A DNA stretch of 64,000 nt from a bacterium (GTDB taxonomy: Bacteria; Patescibacteriota; Minisyncoccia; Phycocordibacterales; Phycocordibacteraceae), in contig JAHFMR010000002.1 in assembly GCA_023267755.1 (NCBI GenBank), forward strand, positions 42,463 through 106,462, in the 5' to 3' direction. This document shows positions 18,262 to 27,638 of the stretch, piece by piece. Position 1 is the first letter of the stretch. Each line of letters starts with the position of its first letter. The translations under genes and the position numbers were made by a program. The notes under the pieces were generated by a model, which saw only the letters and a program-made list of their open reading frames with translations, ran no database searches and was not told the origin of the DNA.

Positions 18262-18756
18262 ATGCAAAAGCCTCTCACGAATCACGCATATATAGATGGT
18301 GCGAATCTCCACAACGCGATGAGCGATCTCGGTTGGCGTCTTGATTACCAGAGACTGCACATCCTGCTCAAAGAAAAATACGGTGTTAAACAAGCGTACC
18401 TCTTCATCGGGCTCATACCGAAATACAAAGGATTATATGCGTATCTGCAGGAATGTGGCTTTATCCTTGTCTTCAAAGAAGTTACTTATGACGGAACAGG
18501 GAAGCCGAAAGGAAATTGCGATGCCGACCTGGTGTTGTATGCGATGCGGGATGCGTATGAAAAGAAGATGGAACGTGCGGTTCTCGTATCGAGCGATGGA
18601 GATTATGCAGAGCTCGTGAAGTTCCTCTGTGACCGCGGTCAATTCGCGACTATCTTATCGCCGAGTAAAAAGGAGAAATGCTCTCTGTTATTGAAGAGGA
18701 CGAATGCACCTATAGCTTATATCGCTGATAAACGGACAGTTCTCGAGCTGAAATGA
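18262..18756 (+). CDS. NYN-domain (LabA-like) putative RNase
   Basis: YIDGANLHN...DLGW is followed by the acidic residues typical of a PIN-like NYN fold (SSDGDY). Confidence 0.65.
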   Translation: MQKPLTNHAYIDGANLHNAMSDLGWRLDYQRLHILLKEKYGVKQAYLFIGLIPKYKGLYAYLQECGFILVFKEVTYDGTGKPKGNCDADLVLYAMRDAYEKKMERAVLVSSDGDYAELVKFLCDRGQFATILSPSKKEKCSLLLKRTNAPIAYIADKRTVLELK

Positions 18757-18855
18757 AAAAGCCCCCGGTAGAGACGGAACTCTACAGGGGTCTTCTTCGT
18801 GGTGATTAGTTTCAGTATAGCAAGATTGACTCAGGGCGCAACAATTGTGCAAGAA

Positions 18856-19869
18856 TTATCCTTGCAGATACTCGCGACCTTTAGCAGTGAGGACACGACC
18901 AGAGGAGGTGCGCTCGATAAGGCCGAGGCGGAGAAGAAACGGCTCATAGACGTGCTCGATAGTGTCGGGGTCTTCGTGGAGCGCGGCGGCGAGGGCATTA
19001 ATACCAGCTGGGCCGCCGCGGAAGCTCGCGAGGAGCATCTCGAGATAGCGACGATCGTCCTTAGTGAGACCAAAAGCGTCGATACCGAAGAGCTCGCACG
19101 CTTCGTCGGCGAGCGCGACCGAGAGAGGGCGTTCGTGTACCTCGGAGAAGTCGCGAACGCGCTTTAGAAGCGCATTCGCGACACGCGGGGTCGCGCGGCT
19201 GCGCACGGCGATGTGCTCGATAACGTCCGCGGGGGCCTCGAGCCCGAGGAGCTTCGCCGACCGGGCGATGATGTCACGCAGGTCTTCGTCGCTGTAAAAA
19301 TCGAGCTGGTAGGTGCCACCGCCAAAGCGTGAGCGCAGCGGTCCCGAGATCTCTGCAGCGCGCGTGGTAGCCCCCACAAGGGTGAAAGGGGGAAGCGCAA
19401 GCTCCACGGTGCGCGCTGAAGGACCCTTGCCGAGGATAATATCGAGGTGTCCCGACTCGAGTGCGGGGTAGAGGAGCTCTTCTATCTTGTGGGAGAGACG
19501 ATGAATCTCATCGATAAAGAGGACCGTGCTCGGTTCGAGGTTGGTGAGAATAGCAGCGAGGTCGCTCGCGCGCTCTATCGCGACACCCGAGGTGCTCTTC
19601 AGCGGTGATCCGAGCGTCGTCGCGACGAGGTGAGCGAGAGTCGTCTTACCGACCCCTGGTGGCCCATAGAAGAGGATGTGTTCGGGCATCCCCCCGCGCT
19701 TCTTAGCCGCGTCTATAGAGATGCGGACGTTCGCCTTAATCTGTTTCTGGCCGACATAGTCGTCCCACTCACTGGGCCGCAGCGCAGCATCGAGCACATG
19801 GTTACCCGGTTCGGCGGGGAAGTTCACTTGGGAGGGTCCCCGCCCTGAGCTTGGTCGAAGGGTTGACAT
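18856..19869 (-). CDS. ruvB: Holliday junction branch-migration ATPase RuvB
   Basis: It has the Walker A motif GPPGVGKTTLA and the RuvB N/AAA/winged-helix architecture over 337 aa. Confidence 0.95.
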   Translation of the reverse strand: MSTLRPSSGRGPSQVNFPAEPGNHVLDAALRPSEWDDYVGQKQIKANVRISIDAAKKRGGMPEHILFYGPPGVGKTTLAHLVATTLGSPLKSTSGVAIERASDLAAILTNLEPSTVLFIDEIHRLSHKIEELLYPALESGHLDIILGKGPSARTVELALPPFTLVGATTRAAEISGPLRSRFGGGTYQLDFYSDEDLRDIIARSAKLLGLEAPADVIEHIAVRSRATPRVANALLKRVRDFSEVHERPLSVALADEACELFGIDAFGLTKDDRRYLEMLLASFRGGPAGINALAAALHEDPDTIEHVYEPFLLRLGLIERTSSGRVLTAKGREYLQG

Positions 19870-20073
19870 AAAAAAGCGCTATGCTAACATTCTAGCACAG
19901 ATTGTTGATCCTGTTCATACTCCTCTAGGCAAGGCTTGACGGCTTCGGGCGTTTCCCCAAGGACTTCCTGGTTCTCGTACTTCGGTGCGATTGCTGGGAG
20001 ACTCCTCAGGTGTCTCGTCCACCCCGCATTTATGCGGGTTTTGCCTTGAGGAATATGGACGGGATTTTTGTAT

Positions 20074-21726
20074 TTAGTACGGGAGGTCGACAGCACCAGC
20101 GACTTCAGCGAGAGAGCTGATGCCTGCAAGCGCCTTGATGACACCATCTTGAGCCATCGTGAGGTAGCCCTGCTTGCTCGCCATTTTTGCAATCTGATTT
20201 TCAGCAGGATTATCGCGGAGGAAGTCGGCGAGCTCATCGTCCATAAAAATCGCTTCATAAAGACCGACGCGGCCGTGATAGCTATCAACATCTATCGGAT
20301 CCCACACCGTCTCTATCTTTTCAGGAATAAGCGACTTGTCCGCGAGCGGCTCAAACACTTTAGCAATCATCGTCTTCTCCTCTGCAGTGAGCGGACGTTC
20401 TTTCCGCTTGTCCGGATTGAGCTTGCGGATGAGGCGCTGTGCCATCGAGACAGTGACCGCCGAACCAAACGATTTCGGGTCTGCACCGAGGTCGACAAGG
20501 CGCGGGAAAGTTCCTGCCGCATCATTGGTGTGGAGTGTCGAGAAGACGAAGTGCCCGGTGAGTGCTGCCTGGATAGCGATATCTGCTGTCTCGGCGTCGC
20601 GGATTTCACCGACCATAATGATGTCCGGATCCTGACGCACGATTGACTTCAACCCTTCGGCGAAGGTGTACTTGGTTCCCTCCACCTGCGTCTGCACGAT
20701 GCCGTCGAGATGATACTCGATTGGGTCTTCTATCGTAATAATCTTTGTTTCGGGTGAATGGATCTCGCGGAGGAAGGAGTAAAGCGTGGTGGTCTTACCA
20801 GAGCCGGTGGGGCCGGTGGTGAGCAGCATACCGTTGGGCCGACGAATTTCTCGTTCGAGACGTTCAAGGAGCTTGGGGTGGATACCGAGTTCCTTATAGG
20901 AGACCTTGGTCGCTTCGGGGTCGAGAATACGCATCACAATAGACTCACCATAATTGCCGGGGATGAAGGAGATACGCGTCTCGATCTGACTCTCGCCGCG
21001 CACGATACTAAAGCGCCCATCTTGAGCCTGGTTTGTGACATTCAGCTTCACTCCCGAGAGCAGCTTGATGCGTGAATTAAGTTGGTGATACGTTGCTGGA
21101 TCAAAGAAGAAAGCGTCAGAGAGGAGACCATCGATGCGCAGGCGCAGGAGCGTCTTCTCCTCGCCCGGCTCAAAGTGGACGTCAGAGGCGCGCAGAGAAA
21201 AGGCTCCGGCAAAGATTGTCTCGAGGACGCGCGAAACACGATCAAGCGACTTCTCGGTCACCGCCACTTCAAGCTCATCCTGAAGCTTCCCCGAGGAGAG
21301 CTTCGTGAGCGTTTCTTCGGTAACCGTAAAGACGCCCGACTTCGATTCGGTCGCGAAGGAGAGCTCGCTATAGCGTTCAAAAGCCTTATCAAGGCTCTTC
21401 CGCGAAACGAGGAACGTCTTCATCGAGTAACCGCGCTCGGCGAGATCGGCGGCGAGCTTATTGAGCGCTTGGCTATTTGGCGTATGTATCGCGACCGAGA
21501 GCACCTTCGCCGCCTTCGCGAAGGCGGCAGCCTCAGCGGCACGCGCGTCTGCCTCGGGGATGATGCGAAGCGCGTCCGTGTCAATCTGCTTCAGCGAGAG
21601 GTCGACATAAGGTATGTCGTACTTCTCGGAGAGGATGCGCGCGACATCTTCTTCTTCGCGTTCGCGCACTTCAGCAAGCTCGGCATCAACGTGCGTGGTG
21701 TCGAAAGGGAGGTCCATATACGTCAT
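20074..21726 (-). CDS. pilB: Type IV pilus assembly / type II secretion ATPase (PilB/GspE family)
   Basis: It has the Walker A motif GPTGSGKTT, the Asp box, the His box and an N-terminal GSPII-like domain. The start is taken at MTYMDL, internal to a longer ORF. Confidence 0.9.
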   Translation of the reverse strand: MTYMDLPFDTTHVDAELAEVREREEEDVARILSEKYDIPYVDLSLKQIDTDALRIIPEADARAAEAAAFAKAAKVLSVAIHTPNSQALNKLAADLAERGYSMKTFLVSRKSLDKAFERYSELSFATESKSGVFTVTEETLTKLSSGKLQDELEVAVTEKSLDRVSRVLETIFAGAFSLRASDVHFEPGEEKTLLRLRIDGLLSDAFFFDPATYHQLNSRIKLLSGVKLNVTNQAQDGRFSIVRGESQIETRISFIPGNYGESIVMRILDPEATKVSYKELGIHPKLLERLEREIRRPNGMLLTTGPTGSGKTTTLYSFLREIHSPETKIITIEDPIEYHLDGIVQTQVEGTKYTFAEGLKSIVRQDPDIIMVGEIRDAETADIAIQAALTGHFVFSTLHTNDAAGTFPRLVDLGADPKSFGSAVTVSMAQRLIRKLNPDKRKERPLTAEEKTMIAKVFEPLADKSLIPEKIETVWDPIDVDSYHGRVGLYEAIFMDDELADFLRDNPAENQIAKMASKQGYLTMAQDGVIKALAGISSLAEVAGAVDLPY

Positions 21727-21841
21727 ATTACCATCCGCACACGCTCCAAAGCAGGGGGCTTGACAAAGTACCATTTGGGGGTATATAATAGCCCTAGGCC
21801 GTTGAAGGTAGACGGTACCCCACAAACTTAGGAGGTGCGCC

Positions 21842-22156
21842 ATGAAAAACCTTTCCGCTGTTCTTTTTATTGTCCTCACGACAGTCTTGGGCGGATGTGC
21901 GACCTACAACGTCAGCACGACGTCCACTCCAGAGCCGACGTCACGAGCGCCCCAGCAAACACCCGCGCAGCAGCAAGCAGCAGAATGCGCCGCACCTGGC
22001 GAATGGGTGCTGACGGGCGGCCGGTGGGTGTGCATCGCCAAGCCGGTAGTGATCGAGAGGCCGGTTGCGGTGTATCCGTACTACTATCCGCCGCTGATGT
22101 ATTACTACCCGGCAATCCGACTGGACTTCCGGTTTGGTGGTGGGCACCATCGGTAA
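21842..22156 (+). CDS. Hypothetical lipoprotein
   Basis: It has a signal peptide with a lipobox (LGGC), a Pro/Gln-rich linker and a Tyr/Pro-rich C-terminus. Confidence 0.5.
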   Translation: MKNLSAVLFIVLTTVLGGCATYNVSTTSTPEPTSRAPQQTPAQQQAAECAAPGEWVLTGGRWVCIAKPVVIERPVAVYPYYYPPLMYYYPAIRLDFRFGGGHHR

Positions 22157-22225
22157 GCTCCACCCGTGCGCTCGTCTTCTAAGGAAGGCGGGCGCACTTT
22201 TGTTTTCAGCGGTACAATTACCCCT

Positions 22226-22666
22226 ATGGAGCAGACAATACGGACCCTAGCAGAGCTCGAGACAGAGGCCACTCGGTTTTTGAATACGCTCGTCCCGGGA
22301 GAGCGAGCGACCCTGGTAACGCTCTCGGGCGACCTTGGAGCAGGGAAGACAGCGTTTACCAAGACGGTCGCCTGGGCGCTCGGTGTTGAGGAGTCGGTGA
22401 CGAGTCCCACCTTCGTGCTCGAGAAGATTTATAAAATAGAGAAGCCCGATTTTCCTTTTAAACATCTCGTGCATATCGACGCGTATCGGCTCGAAGAAGG
22501 CGCCGAGCTCGCGGCACTCGGCTTCGATGAGCTAATGAAGGACAGTAGTAACCTTATCCTGCTCGAATGGCCTGAGAAGGTCGCTGACATACTTCCAGTC
22601 CCAACAGTAAAGATTTCAATAACCGTGAATATCGACGATTCAAGAACTATTTCATATGCGCGGTAA
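22226..22666 (+). CDS. tsaE: tRNA threonylcarbamoyladenosine biosynthesis ATPase TsaE
   Basis: The P-loop LSGDLGAGKT and the SPTF motif are TsaE/YjeE signatures. Confidence 0.8.
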   Translation: MEQTIRTLAELETEATRFLNTLVPGERATLVTLSGDLGAGKTAFTKTVAWALGVEESVTSPTFVLEKIYKIEKPDFPFKHLVHIDAYRLEEGAELAALGFDELMKDSSNLILLEWPEKVADILPVPTVKISITVNIDDSRTISYAR

Positions 22667-25052
22667 ACTTGGCAAGAAGAGGATAGTGCTGCTCGATAGC
22701 CACGCGATTATTCATCGTGCGTATCACGCGCTTGCTGCGGCAGAGCTCACCAGCCCCACTGGCGCGCCCACTGGCGCGCTCTATGGTCTTGTCACGATGC
22801 TGCTTAAGATTGTCACCGACTTAAAGCCTGATTACATTGCTGCTTGCTACGACCTGCCGAAGCCGACCATCCGTCACGAGGCTTTCGCTGACTACAAAGG
22901 GACGCGCGCCAAGATTGATGACGCGCTCGCCGAGCAGCTGGGAGAATCAAGGAAAGTGTTTGAAGCGTTCTCTATCCCGCTCTACGAGAGAGAAGGGTTT
23001 GAGGCCGACGATCTGCTCGGGACCATTGCCCACGAGCTCAGGGAGAACAAAGACGTGGACGTTATCATCGCCTCGGGCGATATGGACACGCTGCAGTGTG
23101 TTGATGGTGCGCGCGTGCGCGTCTACACCCTGAAGAAGGGGTTGAACGATACGATCCTCTATGATGAAAAAGCAGTGGAGGAGCGATTCGGCTTCGCACC
23201 CGCACTCATCCCCGACTATAAAGGGCTCCGTGGCGACCCCTCGGACAACATTAAGGGCGTTAAGGGCATCGGCGAGAAGACCGCGACCGAACTTATCACC
23301 GGGTTCGGTTCAATTGAAAAAATCTATACCGCGCTCGCCAAGAGCGACAAGAAGTTCTTGGAGAAGGGGATTAAGGCGCGCATCATCGCGCTTCTGAAGG
23401 AACACGAGGAGGACGCGCGTTTCTCGAAGTCACTCGCGACTATTCGTACCGACGCGCCAATCGCCTTCGCGCTCCCGGAGCGTGTGTGGCACGATACGGT
23501 GGATTTTAAAAAAGTACTCGCGCTCTTTGAGGATCTTGGCTTCCGCTCTCTGCGTGAGCGGGCGCGCTCTGTCCTCGTAAAGACATCAGACGAAATCGGA
23601 GAGAGTGAAGGGGCACAGCAAGAGCTTGTTCCCGAAGAGGTTGTCGATCCACTACTCTTCGCCAAGGCGCAGGTGAAGCTCTGGCTCCTCGCCTCGGACT
23701 TCACCAGTCCCACACTTGATGACATCCTCGCGTACACCAAGCAGACGACCTTTGCCGAGGCAGACGCGGAGCTCACCAAGCTGGTGGGCGCTGCGGGGCG
23801 TCTGCGCGAGGTATACGAACAAATTGAGGAGCCGCTCATCCCTATCGCGCGTGAGATGGGCGTGCACGGCATCCTCGTCGACACAGGAGTGCTCGAGAAG
23901 CTCGCTAAGAAGTATCGAGCTGATCTTGAGGAGATTGAGAAAGAAATCTACGCGCTCGCGGGACGCGAGTTCAACGTCAGCTCGCCCAAGCAGCTCGGAG
24001 ACGTCCTCTTTGACGAGCTCGGGATTACGCCGGAGCGGATGAAGAAGACGGCAGGCGGCCAGCGCTCCACGCGCGAGAGTGAACTCGAGAAGCTCCGCGA
24101 TGCGCATCCGATTATCGGCAACATCCTCGAATATCGCGAACTGAAGAAGCTCCTTAGTACCTATATCGACAATCTCCCACCGATGCTCGACGCACAACAC
24201 CGCCTACACGCAGAATTTGTCCAGACGGGTACCACCACGGGGCGCATGGCGAGTCAGAATCCGAATCTGCAGAATATCCCGCTCCACTCCGAGCGCGGCC
24301 GCGCTATTCGCGACGCCTTCATCGCACCTGCGGGGTGGCAGCTCCTCGCACTCGACTACTCGCAGATAGAACTGCGCCTAGCGGCTATTCTCTCGGGTGA
24401 TGAAAAGCTCTGTGCAATCTTTAAAAGTGGACGCGACGTGCACAAAGAGGTGGCCGCACAAGTGTTCCACGTGGAGCCCGAGGCGGTTGACGCAGAGATG
24501 CGTCGACGAGCCAAGGTAATCAACTTCGGTATCCTCTACGGAATGGGTATCAACGCACTCCGGCAACAACTGGGCACCACGACCGCCGAGACGCACGCGT
24601 TCTACGAAGCATACTTCGGCCAATTCAAAACACTCTCGGAGTATCTCGAGAGCACCAAGGGCTTCGCGCGTAAAAACGGCTACACCGAGACGCTCTTCGG
24701 ACGTCGACGCCAATTCCCCGAGATGAAGTCGACCCTCCCCTATGTGCGCGCACAGGCGGAGCGTATGGCGATTAACGCACCAATACAAGGGACGCAGGCA
24801 GATATCATCAAGCTCGCGATGGTGCGCGTAGACACGATGCTGGATGCGGAGAAAGCGCGTGAGGACGCACACCTCCTTCTCCAGGTGCATGACGAACTGG
24901 TGTACGAGATACGTGAATCAAGGGTGAAAGAGCTCGCGGAGCGGGTACAGAACATTATGGAGAGCGTGTTGGGAGAAGAGGAGACACGCGGAGTGCCGCT
25001 CATCGCGATGCCGAAGGTGGGTCCGAACTGGGGGCAGATGAAGCCGCTCTAA
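22656..25052 (+). CDS. polA: DNA polymerase I (5'-3' exonuclease + polymerase domains)
   Basis: The N-terminal FEN-like domain (LLDSHAIIHRAYHA) and the pol A motifs (RRxAKxxNFGxxYG; LLQVHDELVYE) are present. At 798 aa it has a reduced proofreading-exonuclease region. Confidence 0.95.
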   Translation: MRGKLGKKRIVLLDSHAIIHRAYHALAAAELTSPTGAPTGALYGLVTMLLKIVTDLKPDYIAACYDLPKPTIRHEAFADYKGTRAKIDDALAEQLGESRKVFEAFSIPLYEREGFEADDLLGTIAHELRENKDVDVIIASGDMDTLQCVDGARVRVYTLKKGLNDTILYDEKAVEERFGFAPALIPDYKGLRGDPSDNIKGVKGIGEKTATELITGFGSIEKIYTALAKSDKKFLEKGIKARIIALLKEHEEDARFSKSLATIRTDAPIAFALPERVWHDTVDFKKVLALFEDLGFRSLRERARSVLVKTSDEIGESEGAQQELVPEEVVDPLLFAKAQVKLWLLASDFTSPTLDDILAYTKQTTFAEADAELTKLVGAAGRLREVYEQIEEPLIPIAREMGVHGILVDTGVLEKLAKKYRADLEEIEKEIYALAGREFNVSSPKQLGDVLFDELGITPERMKKTAGGQRSTRESELEKLRDAHPIIGNILEYRELKKLLSTYIDNLPPMLDAQHRLHAEFVQTGTTTGRMASQNPNLQNIPLHSERGRAIRDAFIAPAGWQLLALDYSQIELRLAAILSGDEKLCAIFKSGRDVHKEVAAQVFHVEPEAVDAEMRRRAKVINFGILYGMGINALRQQLGTTTAETHAFYEAYFGQFKTLSEYLESTKGFARKNGYTETLFGRRRQFPEMKSTLPYVRAQAERMAINAPIQGTQADIIKLAMVRVDTMLDAEKAREDAHLLLQVHDELVYEIRESRVKELAERVQNIMESVLGEEETRGVPLIAMPKVGPNWGQMKPL

Positions 25053-25053
25053 T

Positions 25054-25713
25054 ATGTTGTACCTCTTTTACGGCAGTGATAGCGAGAAGGCGCGACGGAA
25101 GGCATTTGAGTGGGTCACGAAGGCACGCGAGAAGGAACCAAATCTCGCATATGTGCGTCTCGCGCGCGAGGAGCTTAGCGAGGGTGCGCTGCTCGAAGCG
25201 GCGACAGCGAACAGTCTCTTCGCGAAGCGCACCCTCACCCTCATCGACGATCCCTATCAAGAGAGTGAAGAGGAAACAAAGGCAGTGCTCGATGACTACA
25301 TCGACATACTCGCCGAATCTGAAAATGTCATCGTCATCCTCGCACCAAAATTGCTCGCCGCAAAGGCAAAGAAGATTGGAGTGAAGGCGAAGCTCGAATA
25401 CAAATTCGACAAAGCGCTCGCGCGTGAAGACGCGCGCGGGTTTAACTCAAATCTCGTAAACGCGCTCGCGAGCCGCTCGCGCGAGAAGCTCTGGCTCGAG
25501 GTCACACGCGCACTGCACGCGGGCGACGCTCCCGAGATGCTCCACGGGCTCCTCCACTGGAAGGCACGTGATTTGATGGAAAAGGGAAGCCGAGTATGGA
25601 CTGTGCAAGAATCACGACAACTATCGCTCGCTCTCATCTCTCTCCTTCAAGACGCCCGTCGTGGCGGCCTCTCGCTCTCCGAATCTCTCGAGCGCTTCGC
25701 GCTCAGCATCTAG
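25054..25713 (+). CDS. holA: Putative DNA polymerase III delta subunit (short HolA-like)
   Basis: The N-terminal MLYLFYGSD matches the HolA start consensus. It is only 219 aa, shorter than a typical HolA, and is adjacent to polA. Confidence 0.4.
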   Translation: MLYLFYGSDSEKARRKAFEWVTKAREKEPNLAYVRLAREELSEGALLEAATANSLFAKRTLTLIDDPYQESEEETKAVLDDYIDILAESENVIVILAPKLLAAKAKKIGVKAKLEYKFDKALAREDARGFNSNLVNALASRSREKLWLEVTRALHAGDAPEMLHGLLHWKARDLMEKGSRVWTVQESRQLSLALISLLQDARRGGLSLSESLERFALSI

Positions 25714-25774
25714 CCCTGTACTTTCTTGCTAGGGAGTGGTATAGTGCTGGTTGGTTCATTGAGAGGAGAACGTC

Positions 25775-26020
25775 ATGAAAGAAAGTTTGAAGCAACTGAA
25801 AAAGGCGCTTGAAGAGAAAAATTTGTCTCGAACACTTGCGTCCTTGAAGGACGCGGCGGCGCTGGGACACATCAGCCGAGAGACAGCACAACATCTTTTC
25901 GAGTTGGTTCGCGTGGAACAATACGAAGATGCGATCGATCTTCTCGACCGTCTCGACACGCCACACGATTTCCCAAATGCACCCTCGGCGGGGGTTTATT
26001 TCAACGGCACGGCGGCATAA
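25775..26020 (+). CDS. Hypothetical small helical protein
   Basis: The 81-aa ORF has a predicted coiled/helical character and is followed by a strong terminator. Confidence 0.4.
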   Translation: MKESLKQLKKALEEKNLSRTLASLKDAAALGHISRETAQHLFELVRVEQYEDAIDLLDRLDTPHDFPNAPSAGVYFNGTAA

Positions 26021-26040
26021 CTGCTGCACAGCGGCACTAC

Positions 26041-26073
26041 GGGCGCTCGTTACGACGAGCGCCCGTTCTTTTT
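26041..26073 (+). terminator. Rho-independent terminator
   Basis: The GC stem gggcgctcgt/acgagcgccc has a tacg loop and is followed by gttcttttt. Confidence 0.8.
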
Positions 26074-26122
26074 AATTATTGAAGAATGAAATAAGCAAAG
26101 CTTTCTTCCTGCGTTCGCCTCG

Positions 26123-26150
26123 AACAAATAAATGAAAACATTTATTTGTT
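26123..26150. promoter_or_regulatory. Perfect 12-bp inverted repeat (AACAAATAAATG-aaaa-CATTTATTTGTT), a putative operator upstream of the ABC-F gene
   Basis: The palindrome is AT-rich and exact. Its right arm ends 31 bp before the ABC-F start codon. Confidence 0.5.
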
Positions 26151-26180
26151 ACTCTGCTCACTTGGTAGTAGGGTGAGTCG

Positions 26181-27638
26181 ATGGCAAAAGAAGAAAGCAT
26201 TATACGGTTCGAGGGAGTCTCCTTCGGGTATGGGGTGAACAAGCCGATTCTCGAGGAGGTCGATTTTCCTATTCGCCGCGGGATGAAGATAGCGGTGATG
26301 GGTCAGAACGGCGCGGGGAAGTCGACCCTCTTCACGTTGATGACGGGAGCCAAGAAGCCCGAATCGGGAGAGATACACGTCTCGCGCGGGCTCACGGTGG
26401 CGACCGCGGCGCAGGTGATACCGCGCGGCGATCTCGATCTAACTGTGCAGGCATTTTTTGAAAAGTGCTTCAAGGAGAAGGTGTACGATATCGACCCCAA
26501 GATTGATGCGGTGCTCGAGACGGTGAACCTGAAGGCGCCCCACGACCGTGTGGTGAAGAGCTTCTCGGGCGGCCAGCAGGCGCGCCTTCTCCTCGCCTCG
26601 GCGCTCATCCAGAATCCGGATTTACTTCTCTTGGACGAACCAACAAATAATTTAGATAAAGCAGGCATCGAGCACCTCACACAGTTCCTCGTTGATTACG
26701 ACAAGACGGTTATCGTCATCTCGCACGATGCCGAGTTCTTAAACGCGTTTACCACCGGCGTGCTCTATCTCGATGTGTACACGCGTAAGATCGAGCAGTA
26801 TCAGGGCAACTACACTGATGTGCAGGCGGACATTCTCGCGCGTATTGACCGGGAGAATAGGAAGAACGCGCAGCTCGCGAAGAAGATCCAAGAGAATAAA
26901 GAGAAGGCAAACTTCTTCGCGCAGAAGGGCGGCAAGATGCGTCTTGTCGCTAAGAAGATGCGCACTGAGGTCGAGGAGATGGAAGAGGAGAAGGTGGATG
27001 TGCGCAAAGAGGATAAGACGATACGCCCCTTCATTATCCCTGCACAGCCGGGCTTAAGCGGGGTGGTACTCTCACTCACCTCGTATACTGTGCACAAGGA
27101 TCACAAGCCAGTGACGAAGAAGGCAAACGTGAACCTGCGTAAGAACCAGCACCTCCTCTTGAAGGGGCCAAACGGTATCGGTAAGAGCACACTGCTAGAA
27201 CGCATCGTGCTCGGCACCCCCGAGGGTTCGATGATTACGAAGGGGGTGAAGGTGGGTTATTATCGTCAAGACTTTTCCACACTCGACTTCGATGCCACCG
27301 TCTACGACGCACTACGAGCCGCTATGGGACAGCCCGACGACGAGAGAATGCGGTCGGTCGCGGCGAGCTTCTTGATTACGGGTGACACCATCTTCACCAA
27401 GATCGGCAACCTCTCAGAAGGGCAGAAGGGCTTGGTAGCCTTCTGCTCACTCGTGCTCGAGAAGCCGGGGCTGCTGATACTCGACGAGCCGACCAACCAT
27501 ATCAACTTCCGCCACCTGCCTATTATCGCGAAGGCGCTGGATCAGTATGAAGGTGCGATGATACTCGTCTCGCACGTACCTGAGTTCGTTTCTCAAATCC
27601 GCATCGACGATACGCTTGATCTCGGGGCAGGGGTTTAA
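26181..27638 (+). CDS. ABC-F family ATPase (translation-associated, tandem ABC domains, no TMD)
   Basis: Two Walker A motifs (GQNGAGKST; GPNGIGKST), two LSGGQ-type signatures and a charged inter-domain linker are present. Confidence 0.85.
   Translation: MAKEESIIRFEGVSFGYGVNKPILEEVDFPIRRGMKIAVMGQNGAGKSTLFTLMTGAKKPESGEIHVSRGLTVATAAQVIPRGDLDLTVQAFFEKCFKEKVYDIDPKIDAVLETVNLKAPHDRVVKSFSGGQQARLLLASALIQNPDLLLLDEPTNNLDKAGIEHLTQFLVDYDKTVIVISHDAEFLNAFTTGVLYLDVYTRKIEQYQGNYTDVQADILARIDRENRKNAQLAKKIQENKEKANFFAQKGGKMRLVAKKMRTEVEEMEEEKVDVRKEDKTIRPFIIPAQPGLSGVVLSLTSYTVHKDHKPVTKKANVNLRKNQHLLLKGPNGIGKSTLLERIVLGTPEGSMITKGVKVGYYRQDFSTLDFDATVYDALRAAMGQPDDERMRSVAASFLITGDTIFTKIGNLSEGQKGLVAFCSLVLEKPGLLILDEPTNHINFRHLPIIAKALDQYEGAMILVSHVPEFVSQIRIDDTLDLGAGV

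Noticed and set aside
18799-19167. 122-aa plus-strand ORF antisense to ruvB
   Set aside because: It is a shadow ORF. RuvB is strongly supported on the minus strand.
19884-20291. 135-aa minus-strand ORF spanning the ruvB-pilB gap
   Set aside because: Its C-terminal part overlaps the pilB 3' end out of frame. The remainder has no coding features. The region is treated as intergenic, see the sRNA finding.
20068-20646. 192-aa plus-strand ORF and other ORFs antisense to pilB (20336-20635, 20758-21075, 21082-21831)
   Set aside because: They are shadow ORFs inside the pilB coding region.
23324-24200. Multiple 100-190-aa ORFs on both strands inside polA
   Set aside because: They are antisense or alternate-frame shadows within a confidently identified Pol I gene.
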